NCBI GenBank assembly: GCA_003228685.1
Contig: QIFC01000118.1
Span: 16,578-80,577, forward strand
DNA: 64,000 nt
Direction: 5' to 3'
DNA from: Chloroflexota bacterium
GTDB taxonomy: Bacteria; Chloroflexota; Dehalococcoidia; DSTF01; RBG-16-68-14
A program made the position numbers and the translations under genes. A model generated the notes under the pieces. That model worked only from the letters and a program-made list of their open reading frames with translations, did no database searches and was not told where the DNA came from. Of the stretch, positions 16,444 through 24,894 are shown one piece after another (positions within the stretch are counted from its first letter, which is position 1; every line of letters starts with the position of its first letter).

Positions 16444-17115
16444 ATGGCGCATCGAGAGTTCAAGCAGAAGATCTACGCGGAATTCGCCCGCATCGGGAAC
16501 GCGCTTGGCAGCGCGCGACGGCTGGAACTGCTGGACATCCTCGCCCAAGGACCGCGCCACGTAGAGGCGCTCGCTGCCGAGACCGATATGACGGTCGCGA
16601 ACGTCTCGCAGCATCTGCAGGTCTTGCGGCAGGCCCGCCTTGTAGAGGCGGAACGCGAGGGCACGAAGGCGCTCTACCGCCTCGCCGACAGGCACGTTCT
16701 CGATCTGTGGCTCACGCTGCGGTCGGTCGCGGAAGAACGCCTCGCCGACCTCGGCCAACTCCGGCGCGACGTCGACGTCTACGATGAGGAGTCGCCGGTG
16801 CCGAGGGACGAGCTAGAGCGACTGCTCTTGGACCGGGACGCGGTGCTGATCGACACTCGCCCGAGCCGTGAGTACGAGCACGGCCATCTTCCGGCGTCGA
16901 TCTCGATGCCCATGGAAGAGCTGCCAGAGCGGCTCCACGAGCTGCCGAGAGACCGGCCGATCATCGCCTACTGTCGTGGCGACTACTGTCTCTTCGCGGA
17001 CGAGGCCGTCACGCTCCTGCGCGAGAAGGGCTTCGAGGCCCACCGCCTAGACGGCGGCTGGCCGGAGTGGTGGGCGGAAGACCGGGCGGTCGTGGGTGAT
17101 CCCGAGATAACCTGA
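16444..17115 (+). CDS. ArsR/SmtB-family transcriptional regulator fused to a rhodanese domain
   Basis: The N-terminal ...LGSARRLELLDILAQGPRHVEALAAETDMTVANVSQHLQVLRQARLVEAEREG... is an ArsR wHTH. The C-terminal rhodanese has IIAYCRGDYCLFADEA. Confidence 0.85.
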   Translation: MAHREFKQKIYAEFARIGNALGSARRLELLDILAQGPRHVEALAAETDMTVANVSQHLQVLRQARLVEAEREGTKALYRLADRHVLDLWLTLRSVAEERLADLGQLRRDVDVYDEESPVPRDELERLLLDRDAVLIDTRPSREYEHGHLPASISMPMEELPERLHELPRDRPIIAYCRGDYCLFADEAVTLLREKGFEAHRLDGGWPEWWAEDRAVVGDPEIT

Positions 17116-17513
17116 TGGCAAAGTTCAGCATCATTACGATTGCAGCGGTGGTTGTGGCAGGCATCGTTGGCATGATCGTCTTGATGGCATTGATGATGGG
17201 CAGCATGATGGGGGGCGCCGGCAGCGATCCCTCGGGCGAGACGCCCGCCGTTGGCGTCACGGAGGTCCGGCTGGAGGACTTCGCCTTCGCGCCCGCGAAC
17301 ATCGTGATCGACGCCGGCACGACGGTCACCTGGACCAACAAGGATAACGTCGCCCACACAGTGACGAGCGACGACGGCGACGAACTCGAGAGCGAATACT
17401 TCGGCCGGGACGGCACGTTCCGCCATACGTTCGACACGCCGGGCGAATGCCGCTACAATTGCGAGCCACACCCGAACATGCACGGTCGCGTGACTGCGCG
17501 GCCTTTGTCGTAA
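17115..17513 (+). CDS. Cupredoxin (plastocyanin/amicyanin-like blue copper protein), membrane anchored
   Basis: N-terminal TM helix, then ...TVTWTNKDNVAHTVTSDDG...CEPHPNMHG with H...C..H....M type-1 Cu ligands. Its start overlaps the ArsR stop (TGATG). Confidence 0.8.
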   Translation: MAKFSIITIAAVVVAGIVGMIVLMALMMGSMMGGAGSDPSGETPAVGVTEVRLEDFAFAPANIVIDAGTTVTWTNKDNVAHTVTSDDGDELESEYFGRDGTFRHTFDTPGECRYNCEPHPNMHGRVTARPLS

Positions 17514-17608
17514 TCGCGCGCAGGAGTCAGTTTGACTCGGGCTTACGAACAGGAGTGGCCGGCCGAATGGGGGTAGTAATCCAAGCGCGATCACGGTAAC
17601 CTCCTCAT

Positions 17609-18400
17609 ATGGCGCAAGCATCACCAATCGAGTGGACCGAGGCGACCTGGAATCCGATTACCGGCTGCACCAAGGTCAGCCCGGGCTGTGCGCACTGTTA
17701 TGCGGAGACGTTCGCTGAGCGGTTTCGTGGCGTCCCCGGCCATCCCTATGAGCGGGGCTTCGATCTGCAGCTGCGGCCTGAACGGCTAGAGCAGCCACTC
17801 TCGTGGCGCAAGCCTCGGGTGATCTTCGTCAACTCGATGAGCGACCTCTTTCATGAGGACATCCCTGAGGCATACATCAGCTCAGTTTTCGACGTCATGG
17901 AGCGCGCGAGTTGGCACACGTTTCAGGTATTGACGAAGCGCTCCGAACGGCTCGCTGACATGGCTAGCCGGCTGGCTTGGCCGGACAACGTCTGGATGGG
18001 CGTCTCAGTCGAGAACCAACGCTGGACATCGAGGATCGATCACCTGCGACAGACGCCGGCCAGCGTACGCTTCCTATCTTGCGAGCCGCTGCTCGGACCG
18101 CTGGAGTTCGACCTAACCAGGATCGACTGGGTGATCGTCGGTGGCGAGAGCGGCCATCGAGCACGGCGAATGCGGCCTGAGTGGGTTCGCGCGATCCGCG
18201 CTCAGTGCCGGACACAGAATGTCGCATTCTTCTTTAAGCAATGGGGAGCTCACAACGAGGCCGGCAAGCGCGTGGGCAAAGGCAGAGCTGGGCGGGAGTT
18301 GGACGGTGGAACGTGGAATCAGAAGCCTATATCCCTAGCTCCTTCTGTCCTCCAGAAATCAGACCGAGGACGTAGCCGCGCTCGAACACATAGCGCATGA
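17609..18400 (+). CDS. Phage Gp37/Gp68 family protein (DUF5131)
   Basis: MAQASPIEWTEATWNPITGCTKVSPGCAHCYAE... (Cys-x6-Cys-x2-Cys), ...VFVNSMSDLFHE..., ...FLSCEPLLGPL..., ...VIVGGESG... and ...FFFKQWG... are all characteristic of this family. Confidence 0.8.
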   Translation: MAQASPIEWTEATWNPITGCTKVSPGCAHCYAETFAERFRGVPGHPYERGFDLQLRPERLEQPLSWRKPRVIFVNSMSDLFHEDIPEAYISSVFDVMERASWHTFQVLTKRSERLADMASRLAWPDNVWMGVSVENQRWTSRIDHLRQTPASVRFLSCEPLLGPLEFDLTRIDWVIVGGESGHRARRMRPEWVRAIRAQCRTQNVAFFFKQWGAHNEAGKRVGKGRAGRELDGGTWNQKPISLAPSVLQKSDRGRSRARTHSA

Positions 18401-19241
18401 TCTTGTCACCTGTATCGTCATCCGTGGCAAACACCAGGTGGTAGCGCTCCTGACGGCCTTGGGTCGGTGTGGGCGGCGCCAGGACGGGCTTGGTGAAAAC
18501 GTGACGGTATCCCAACTGATCTAGCCCATCCTTATACAGCTCCAGATAGTCACTCTTGGCTTCCGCCGGTGTCAGCTGACCACTAAGACGGCGTTCGTAG
18601 ATCGCTTGCCAGCGACTGTTGCCGAACGTTCGGTTGTGACGTTCCATCGCTCCCAGCTCCAGTGGCCCTCCAGTCGGGAACTGTCGAACAATGCTCATCT
18701 CCAGCGGGAACAGTATGAGAAGCTCAGGCTTCTTCCTACGCGCAGGGGTTCTTGCGATTTCAGAGATCGTGTTCCAGTGCAGTTCTGCTGCTTCAGGGTC
18801 AAGAAGACAGAAGCAGGGAGCCCTTTCAGGTACGGTCTCGCGAATTAGAGCCGGTAAGTCTCGATTAACATCGCCACGTCGGACAGTCACGCGATCCCCG
18901 AACGGCTCGGCCCTTTGTCGTAGAGTCGCCTCTTCTCGCTCCCCCATTTCCATGAAGACACGGTGCTGTAGGCCGGGCGTGTTCAGCGCGATTAGAGGCG
19001 AACCCAAGACAAACCGCGGCTCCACTTGCGCGTTTCTCACTTCGCACAAGCCGGGACCTGCCAGACCATCGACGTAAAAGCCGCCTCCAGCCTTCTTGCA
19101 TGCATCTGCGAAGCCACGGATGTAGAGAAGCAGCACCGCTAACTTCTCAAGCGTCCAGGGTCCTATCGATCTCGTGAGGAGACCATCGTCTTCGGCCCCT
19201 AGCTCCGCCAGTATCTCTTCTGAGGTAGTCCGCCGTGCCAA
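18327..19241 (-). CDS. Three-Cys-motif partner protein (TcmP-like)
   Basis: 304 aa. ...WTLEKLAVLLLYIRGF...GGGFYVDGLAGPGL...CFCLLDPEAAELHWNTI... resembles the TcmP family from memory. That family is habitually adjacent to Gp37/Gp68 genes. Confidence 0.6.
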   Translation of the reverse strand: MARRTTSEEILAELGAEDDGLLTRSIGPWTLEKLAVLLLYIRGFADACKKAGGGFYVDGLAGPGLCEVRNAQVEPRFVLGSPLIALNTPGLQHRVFMEMGEREEATLRQRAEPFGDRVTVRRGDVNRDLPALIRETVPERAPCFCLLDPEAAELHWNTISEIARTPARRKKPELLILFPLEMSIVRQFPTGGPLELGAMERHNRTFGNSRWQAIYERRLSGQLTPAEAKSDYLELYKDGLDQLGYRHVFTKPVLAPPTPTQGRQERYHLVFATDDDTGDKIMRYVFERGYVLGLISGGQKELGI

Positions 19242-19253
19242 AAAACTCCTAGC

Positions 19254-20396
19254 CTACCACTGCACCACCATGGGCATCAGCACGTGGACGAAGTCTTCTT
19301 CGCTGACGGGGCGGAGGACGCCCTGCCGGGAGGGGCCGCTCATCTCCAGCGAGACGCGGCCTCCCTCCAACACCTGCAGGTAGTCCTGCAAGTACTTGCT
19401 GTTGAACGCGATTTTGTCCGCTTCGCCTTCGATCGCGGCATCAATCTCACCGAGATTGTCGCCGATCTCCTCGGCACGGGCGGAGATGGTCATCTTGCCG
19501 GGCGCCACGTCCTCGCCCGGCGTGAACGTCAGGCGCACGATGCCACTGCCGTCGCGGGCGAAGATTGCTGCCGTGCGCGTCTCGCGCAGGAACTCGGCGA
19601 CGTCGATAACGGCCTTGCTCGTGTGGTCTTCCGGGATGATCTGGCTATAGTCCGGGAAGGTCCCCTGGATCAGTTGTGTCACCAATTCGACGTTCTTCAG
19701 CCGGAACAGCACCTGCGTCTTCGTGGAGTTGACTGAGAGTTGCACGGGATCCGACTCATCCGGCAGCAGCCTGCTCAGCTCGACGAGCGCGCGCGCCGGG
19801 ATGATGAGCTGGACCGCTTCGGAGACAGATTCCCCTAGCGTGAGGTGGCGGACCGACAAACGGAAGCCGTCCGTGGCGGCGAGCGTGAGCTGATCGCCCT
19901 CGATCGCGCAGTTCACGCCCACCAGCACAGGGCGCGAATCGTCGGTCGCGGCGGAGATCGCCACTTGTGAGATCGCCTTCTGCAGATCTTCCGGATCGAG
20001 CTGTAGCGACACACCATCTTCAACGCTCGGAATCGGGGGGAAGTCATCGGCGTCAACACCGCTCATCGTCGCCTGGCTGCGGCCGCAGACCAACTTGAGC
20101 TGGCGCGAACGCGGCGCCACCGTCATCTCGATCTTCTCGTTGGGCAGCGAGTTGACGAAGTCGGTCAGCAAGCGGGCTGGAACCGTAATGGCGCCCTCTT
20201 CTTCAACCTGAGCGCCGATCCAAGAGCTGAGGGCGATCTCCAGGTTCGTAGCCGCGAGCTTCAGGCGGCCATCTTCGGTGGAAAGGAGGACGTTTGCCGT
20301 AATCGGTAGCGTACTGCGAGCGGCAACGGCCCTGCCCACGATGCCGAGTCCTTTAGCGAGGTTTTCTTGCAGACAAGAGACGTTCATATTGTTCAC
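19254..20396 (-). CDS. dnaN: DNA polymerase III beta sliding clamp
   Basis: 380 aa. ...LQENLAKGLGIVGRAVAARSTLPITANVLLSTEDGRLKLAATNLEIA... and the C-terminal ...VLMPMVVQW are typical DnaN. Confidence 0.93.
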   Translation of the reverse strand: MNNMNVSCLQENLAKGLGIVGRAVAARSTLPITANVLLSTEDGRLKLAATNLEIALSSWIGAQVEEEGAITVPARLLTDFVNSLPNEKIEMTVAPRSRQLKLVCGRSQATMSGVDADDFPPIPSVEDGVSLQLDPEDLQKAISQVAISAATDDSRPVLVGVNCAIEGDQLTLAATDGFRLSVRHLTLGESVSEAVQLIIPARALVELSRLLPDESDPVQLSVNSTKTQVLFRLKNVELVTQLIQGTFPDYSQIIPEDHTSKAVIDVAEFLRETRTAAIFARDGSGIVRLTFTPGEDVAPGKMTISARAEEIGDNLGEIDAAIEGEADKIAFNSKYLQDYLQVLEGGRVSLEMSGPSRQGVLRPVSEEDFVHVLMPMVVQW

Positions 20397-20589
20397 CTAC
20401 GTATACGTTTAGCTGAATGGATGCAGAGCCGAGTATAACAGCACCCCCAGCGCAAGGCAACAGGCCTGTCGCACAAGGCGACGGGGCTTGCGCTAAGCTA
20501 GGAACCGTCACTCAAGAGCCATACGGGTGTCACAAGACGCGATCGCTGAACGTCTCCTCTATAGGGGTAGCACCAACAAGGAGGCCTTC

Positions 20590-21906
20590 ATGGACAGTAA
20601 CAACGGCTCACCGAGCGTCGACACGGTTGTCGTCGGAGGCGGAATGGCCGGACTCGCGGCGGCGGCCTACGTCGCCCGCGCCGGCAGGTCCGTGGTCGTG
20701 CTTGAGCGCTCGAGTCACGCCGGCGGGCGCGCGATCACCGAGGAGCGCAACGGCTACTACTTCAACCTCGGACCCCACGCTCTCTATAAGGAGGGCTCTG
20801 CGTCGCATGCCCTGAGCGAGCTTGGCGTGAACGTGAGCGGCGGCGAGCCGCCTACGTCCGGCAAAGCCGCGCTCAGCGGCGTACTGCACACCCTGCCTTC
20901 CAGCCCCATTGACGTGCTCACGACGAGCCTCCTCGGCCTCGGCGCGAAGCTGGAGATGGGCCGCATCTTCGCGACGTTCCGGCGGCAGGACGCCCAGGCC
21001 CAGGCAAATGTGAGCCTGGAGGAGTGGCTGGAATCCAAGGTCCGCCGGCCGGCAGTGCGCCAGCTGTTCGGCGCGCTCGTCCGCCTCGCCACGTACACGG
21101 ACGACCCCGCACGCATGAGCGCGGGCGTCGCTATCGGCCAGCTCCAGATGGCGCAACAGGGCGTCCTCTACCTGGACCGAGGCTGGCAGACGCTGGTCGA
21201 TGGTCTGCGAACGACGGCGGAGGAGGCCGGCGCGGTGATCCAGACGGGAGCGCCCGCCGTTGCTATCGAGGACCACGGCGCGACGAAGACGGTCCGGCTG
21301 GACGGCGGCGGCTCATACGAGGCGGCCAGCGTAATCGTCGCGACGCCGCCCAAGACCGCGGCGGAACTGCTGGGTAGGGCCGGCACCGGGCTGCTCGCCT
21401 GGTCTGAGTCGGCCGGCCCGGTACGGGCGGCCACGCTCGACATTGGCCTGAGCGAGCTGCCGCGCCCTGACGCCCGCTTCGTGCTGGGCATCGACCAGCC
21501 ACTCTACCTCTCGGTCCACTCCGGCGTCGGCGACCTCGCGCCGCCCGGCGGCACGATGCTGCACGTCGCCAAATATTTAGGCGACGACGCCTCCTCTGCG
21601 GAGGAGGTCGAGCACGAGCTTGAGGCCTTGCTCGATCTGGCCCAGCCGGGCTGGCGAGACCTGCTCGTCGAACGGCGCTTCCTGCCCAACCTGACTGTGG
21701 TGAACGCGCTGGCGACAGCGGAGGACGGCGGCCTTGAGGGCCGTCCCGATATCGCAACCGCCATGCCCGGCGTCTACCTCGCGGGCGACTGGGCGGGCTC
21801 AGAGGGCTGGCTGGCCGACGCGAGCCTGGCGAGCGCCAAGCGCGCCGCGAACGCCGCACTGGATTCGGTCAGCGCGCCAGCGTCCGTGTCGTCACTCAAT
21901 AGGTGA
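20590..21906 (+). CDS. FAD-dependent oxidoreductase (phytoene desaturase/amine oxidase superfamily)
   Basis: ATG at 20590 preceded by AAGGAGG. VVVGGGMAGLAAAAYVARAGRSVVVLERSSHAGGRA is a dinucleotide-binding motif. Confidence 0.8.
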   Translation: MDSNNGSPSVDTVVVGGGMAGLAAAAYVARAGRSVVVLERSSHAGGRAITEERNGYYFNLGPHALYKEGSASHALSELGVNVSGGEPPTSGKAALSGVLHTLPSSPIDVLTTSLLGLGAKLEMGRIFATFRRQDAQAQANVSLEEWLESKVRRPAVRQLFGALVRLATYTDDPARMSAGVAIGQLQMAQQGVLYLDRGWQTLVDGLRTTAEEAGAVIQTGAPAVAIEDHGATKTVRLDGGGSYEAASVIVATPPKTAAELLGRAGTGLLAWSESAGPVRAATLDIGLSELPRPDARFVLGIDQPLYLSVHSGVGDLAPPGGTMLHVAKYLGDDASSAEEVEHELEALLDLAQPGWRDLLVERRFLPNLTVVNALATAEDGGLEGRPDIATAMPGVYLAGDWAGSEGWLADASLASAKRAANAALDSVSAPASVSSLNR

Positions 21907-21920
21907 CCTAGGCAGGACGC

Positions 21921-21946
21921 CGTCGGGCTAAAGACCGACGCGCGAC
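21921..21946. repeat. Short post-gene hairpin repeat (family member 1)
   Basis: CGTCGGGCTAAAGACCGACGCGCGAC. Stem CGTCGG/CCGACG. Related to 24611 and 26935. Confidence 0.5.
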
Positions 21947-22023
21947 TTCGTTAAACATCGGTTAGTGTCATTCTCTTGTCACCTGGTTATCCTGGTTGAC
22001 ATGTACAAGAGATACGTTCGGCA

Positions 22024-22632
22024 ATGAGAAGGCTGCGCGCCATTAGCGAGGACGAAATGATCGCCGTCTTTCTGGCGTGTGAACTCGGCTCGTTCAGGTT
22101 TGGAGATCACTTGAGGCTGCTGCTGGAGAGGGATGGTGTTGAGTCGGCGGTGATCGAAGCGCCCGCCCTAGCGAGCGAGGAGCAGAACGGATACCGACGG
22201 CGACTCCTTGGCGAAGTGCGAGGCCTGGGTCACGATAGGGCGAACTTTCACGGCTTTCCTGATGACGTGACCTGGGAGCGATGTCTCCTGACGCCAAACG
22301 AGGTCAGCCGCATCGAGTACTGCAACTACAGCTACTGGTTGGAGCTATCGAATGGAACGCGGAAGCCCGCCGACGGAGCGGCCCGTATCAATCAGGGCGT
22401 GAAGCAGATCATGCGGCAGAGCACTGAGGGCTTCCGGCGAGGCGCCGCCGCCCTGAGAGCGGGTACAACGTTCCGAGAAATGATTCTCGCCACGCACGAT
22501 CGTAACCATCTGGTCGTCGTCGAGGGCCACCTACGGCTAACGGCCTACATGATGGAGCCGGATCTCGTACCAGACGAGCTCGAGGTACTATTGGGCTACT
22601 CCGACCGCATGACTGACTGGCGCCTTTACTGA
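22024..22632 (+). CDS. Hypothetical protein
   Basis: 202-aa ORF behind an AT-rich promoter-like region (TTGACA at about 21998). I recognise no family. Confidence 0.45.
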   Translation: MRRLRAISEDEMIAVFLACELGSFRFGDHLRLLLERDGVESAVIEAPALASEEQNGYRRRLLGEVRGLGHDRANFHGFPDDVTWERCLLTPNEVSRIEYCNYSYWLELSNGTRKPADGAARINQGVKQIMRQSTEGFRRGAAALRAGTTFREMILATHDRNHLVVVEGHLRLTAYMMEPDLVPDELEVLLGYSDRMTDWRLY

Positions 22633-22800
22633 AGGCGGCCCACGGCGACTCTACGGTCCCCCAATACGTCGTGACTCGCCATCTCCTGGTATCGTGGTGT
22701 GTAGTGACGGAGAAGGCGTGAGCACGTAGAGTACGAAACGTCATGTTGCGTCACGTGGTACTATACCGGCGTCGGTTGGGGAAGTTGGCCCGGAGGTCCC

Positions 22801-24006
22801 ATGTCGAGAACTCTGCTTGCACTGCTGGGTCCAGTCGCCGCTGCCGTAGCGCTTCTCACGCTAGTTGCGATTGGCTCAATTCTGGACAGCGAACAGGCGT
22901 CTGCTGCTGACGGCGGGCCCGAGATGGTTCTCTCAATCACGGAACCAGAGGGCGCGTGCATCGAGGGTGTCTGTGAACTGCCTGCGGGAGAGCCGTTTAC
23001 GCTGGCTGTCGAAATCGTGGAGGGCCCCGCGGAGGGTTACATCCTGGCCCAGTCGTTTATCGACTTTGGGCCTGTGCTCACGTATGAGCCCGGCGAGGAG
23101 GCGCTGGACGAGTTCGTCTGGCCTGATTGCAGGCCTGAGACGGCCGTGCGAGGGTCGCTGACCGAGCGGACATACGTCCACGGTTGCCTTACGGCACGGA
23201 TCCCGCCGCTGCCCAGCAGTTTCTACCAAGGCAATCTCATCGAGCTTTCGATGACGTGTTCGGAGGTACCCACCACCAGCCAGGTCCGGCTCCTTCCGTA
23301 CGGCGACCCGCTCGCCCGCACCAGTGGGGCGCTGTTTACCGCCGGACCTACACTTAACGTCGTGCCCAAAGTGACCGGCCTGACTGTTCACTGCCGGGCT
23401 GAGGCAGAGCACATCACTCCCGTTCCGATCCCCACGCCACGGCTGACATGGAGCGTCGAAATCGAGCCCGAGAAGCCGAGAGTTGGGGATCGCGTGAAGC
23501 TGACGTTGTTCGCGGAGGGTCCGGGCGCGATGCCACAGTATCTGCTCGTCCTAGACAGTGACGAAAGCGAGCCAGCACTTCGGTATGTCTCCGTGAATCA
23601 GCTCGGTGTTCCTGTGAGCTTTGGGCTGGACGCGGTAGCGATCGGCGAGATGAAGTTACAGCTCTCGGTGAACTACGAGGTCGTGAACTGCCCGGGCACT
23701 GGGGGCGAGGGTTGCGTGTTCTTCTTCGACACCGAACAAGGACCGGAGATCGTAGTCAGCGTAGCCGAGAGGCCGCCGGTGATTATTGCGCCGCTGCTTG
23801 GGGATGCTGACTGCAATGGCGTGGGAAACTCGAGCGATGTCGCCCTCATGTTGCAGCGAATCGCGCGGCTCGTGGACACAGTTGAGTGCGAGGACCTCGC
23901 GGACGTGAACGGCGACGGCACCCTTAATGCCATAGATGCCCTGTTGACCTTGCAGTTCATCGCTGGGTTCATCAACCTGCCGCTTGGGAGCAATCCTGGT
24001 CGGTGA
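22801..24006 (+). CDS. Secreted protein with C-terminal dockerin-type repeats
   Basis: Signal/anchor MSRTLLALLGPVAAAVALLTLVAIGS. The C-terminal GDADCNGVGNSSDVALMLQ...DVNGDGTLNAIDALLTLQ forms duplicated Ca-binding dockerin loops. Confidence 0.7.
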   Translation: MSRTLLALLGPVAAAVALLTLVAIGSILDSEQASAADGGPEMVLSITEPEGACIEGVCELPAGEPFTLAVEIVEGPAEGYILAQSFIDFGPVLTYEPGEEALDEFVWPDCRPETAVRGSLTERTYVHGCLTARIPPLPSSFYQGNLIELSMTCSEVPTTSQVRLLPYGDPLARTSGALFTAGPTLNVVPKVTGLTVHCRAEAEHITPVPIPTPRLTWSVEIEPEKPRVGDRVKLTLFAEGPGAMPQYLLVLDSDESEPALRYVSVNQLGVPVSFGLDAVAIGEMKLQLSVNYEVVNCPGTGGEGCVFFFDTEQGPEIVVSVAERPPVIIAPLLGDADCNGVGNSSDVALMLQRIARLVDTVECEDLADVNGDGTLNAIDALLTLQFIAGFINLPLGSNPGR

Positions 24007-24100
24007 CTTAGGTTGCGAGCCAGCGTGACGGGCTGGGTGATGAAGAACACACAAGCGGCTGACTAGCTGGACTATGGTGGAAGCAAGGAGGCCCAGCATT

Positions 24101-24601
24101 ATGGCAGTTACCAGCACCATCAACATCGACGCTCCGGCGGACAAGGTCTGGAGCGTGCTCGCCGATCTAGGCGGCATCTACAAGTGGAACCCCGGCGTGG
24201 CCCATTCGCATTCGACGTCCGAGCTGACGCAGGGCGAAGGAGCGACCCGGCACTGTGACTTGGACGACAAGAACTATCTGAAGGAGCGCGCCTTCGACTG
24301 GCGCGAGGGCGAGAGCTTCAAGATCGACGTCACCGAGAGCACGATGCCGCTCGAGAGCAACATCGTGACGTTCCACGTCGCACCAACTGGCGATGCCGCA
24401 CCTGATGATGCGGGCACTCGCGTGTCGGTGACGGCCGACTACAAGCTGAAGTTCGGCATTATTGGAACGCTGATGGACGTGCTCTTCGCGAAGCGCCAGG
24501 CTCAGCAGGGATTCGACGACATGATGGCGGGCCTCAAGCACTACGTCGAGACCGGCGAGGAGATCGGCGACTCGGTACGTAGGGCCGCCGTCATCGCCTA
24601 A
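24101..24601 (+). CDS. SRPBCC (START/polyketide-cyclase-like) family protein
   Basis: ATG at 24101 after AGGAGG. MAVTSTINIDAPADKVWSVLADLGGIYKWNPGV... is typical of SRPBCC. Confidence 0.75.
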   Translation: MAVTSTINIDAPADKVWSVLADLGGIYKWNPGVAHSHSTSELTQGEGATRHCDLDDKNYLKERAFDWREGESFKIDVTESTMPLESNIVTFHVAPTGDAAPDDAGTRVSVTADYKLKFGIIGTLMDVLFAKRQAQQGFDDMMAGLKHYVETGEEIGDSVRRAAVIA

Positions 24602-24610
24602 CAGTTCGCT

Positions 24611-24635
24611 GTCGGGCCGAAGCCCGACCCGCGAT
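24611..24635. repeat. Short post-gene hairpin repeat (family member 2)
   Basis: GTCGGGCCGAAGCCCGACCCGCGAT. A 7-bp stem GTCGGGC/GCCCGAC with loop CGAA, 10 nt after the SRPBCC stop. Confidence 0.55.
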
Positions 24636-24894
24636 TTCTACCGTGGGACCCGCCTGGGCAGGCCAGCACCTTGTCGAACTCTGGTACAGGCAGAACGTGC
24701 TCTTCCACGGTTCGATCGTGTCGGACGAGGTTCGCCTAGGATATTGTAGAATGGCGCCATGTCAGGGCAGGAACAGAGTTCGCGCGATTACTATCAAGGC
24801 CGGGCATGCTCGTACGACTGCCTTTCGGCAGTCGAGTTCTGCTCAAGATGCAGCCCGCCGACGGCCACCCACCGTTTGTGGATCGGCTGACGCC

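Noticed and set aside
16336-16758. 140-aa minus-strand ORF overlapping the divergent promoter and the ArsR gene
   Set aside because: It is antisense to the ArsR-rhodanese gene, which has a clear wHTH motif. It would also run through the AT-rich promoter.
17609-19241. Prophage, suggested by the 'phage Gp37/Gp68' family name
   Set aside because: No capsid, tail, integrase, terminase or att-like repeats are nearby. The pair is treated as an isolated module.
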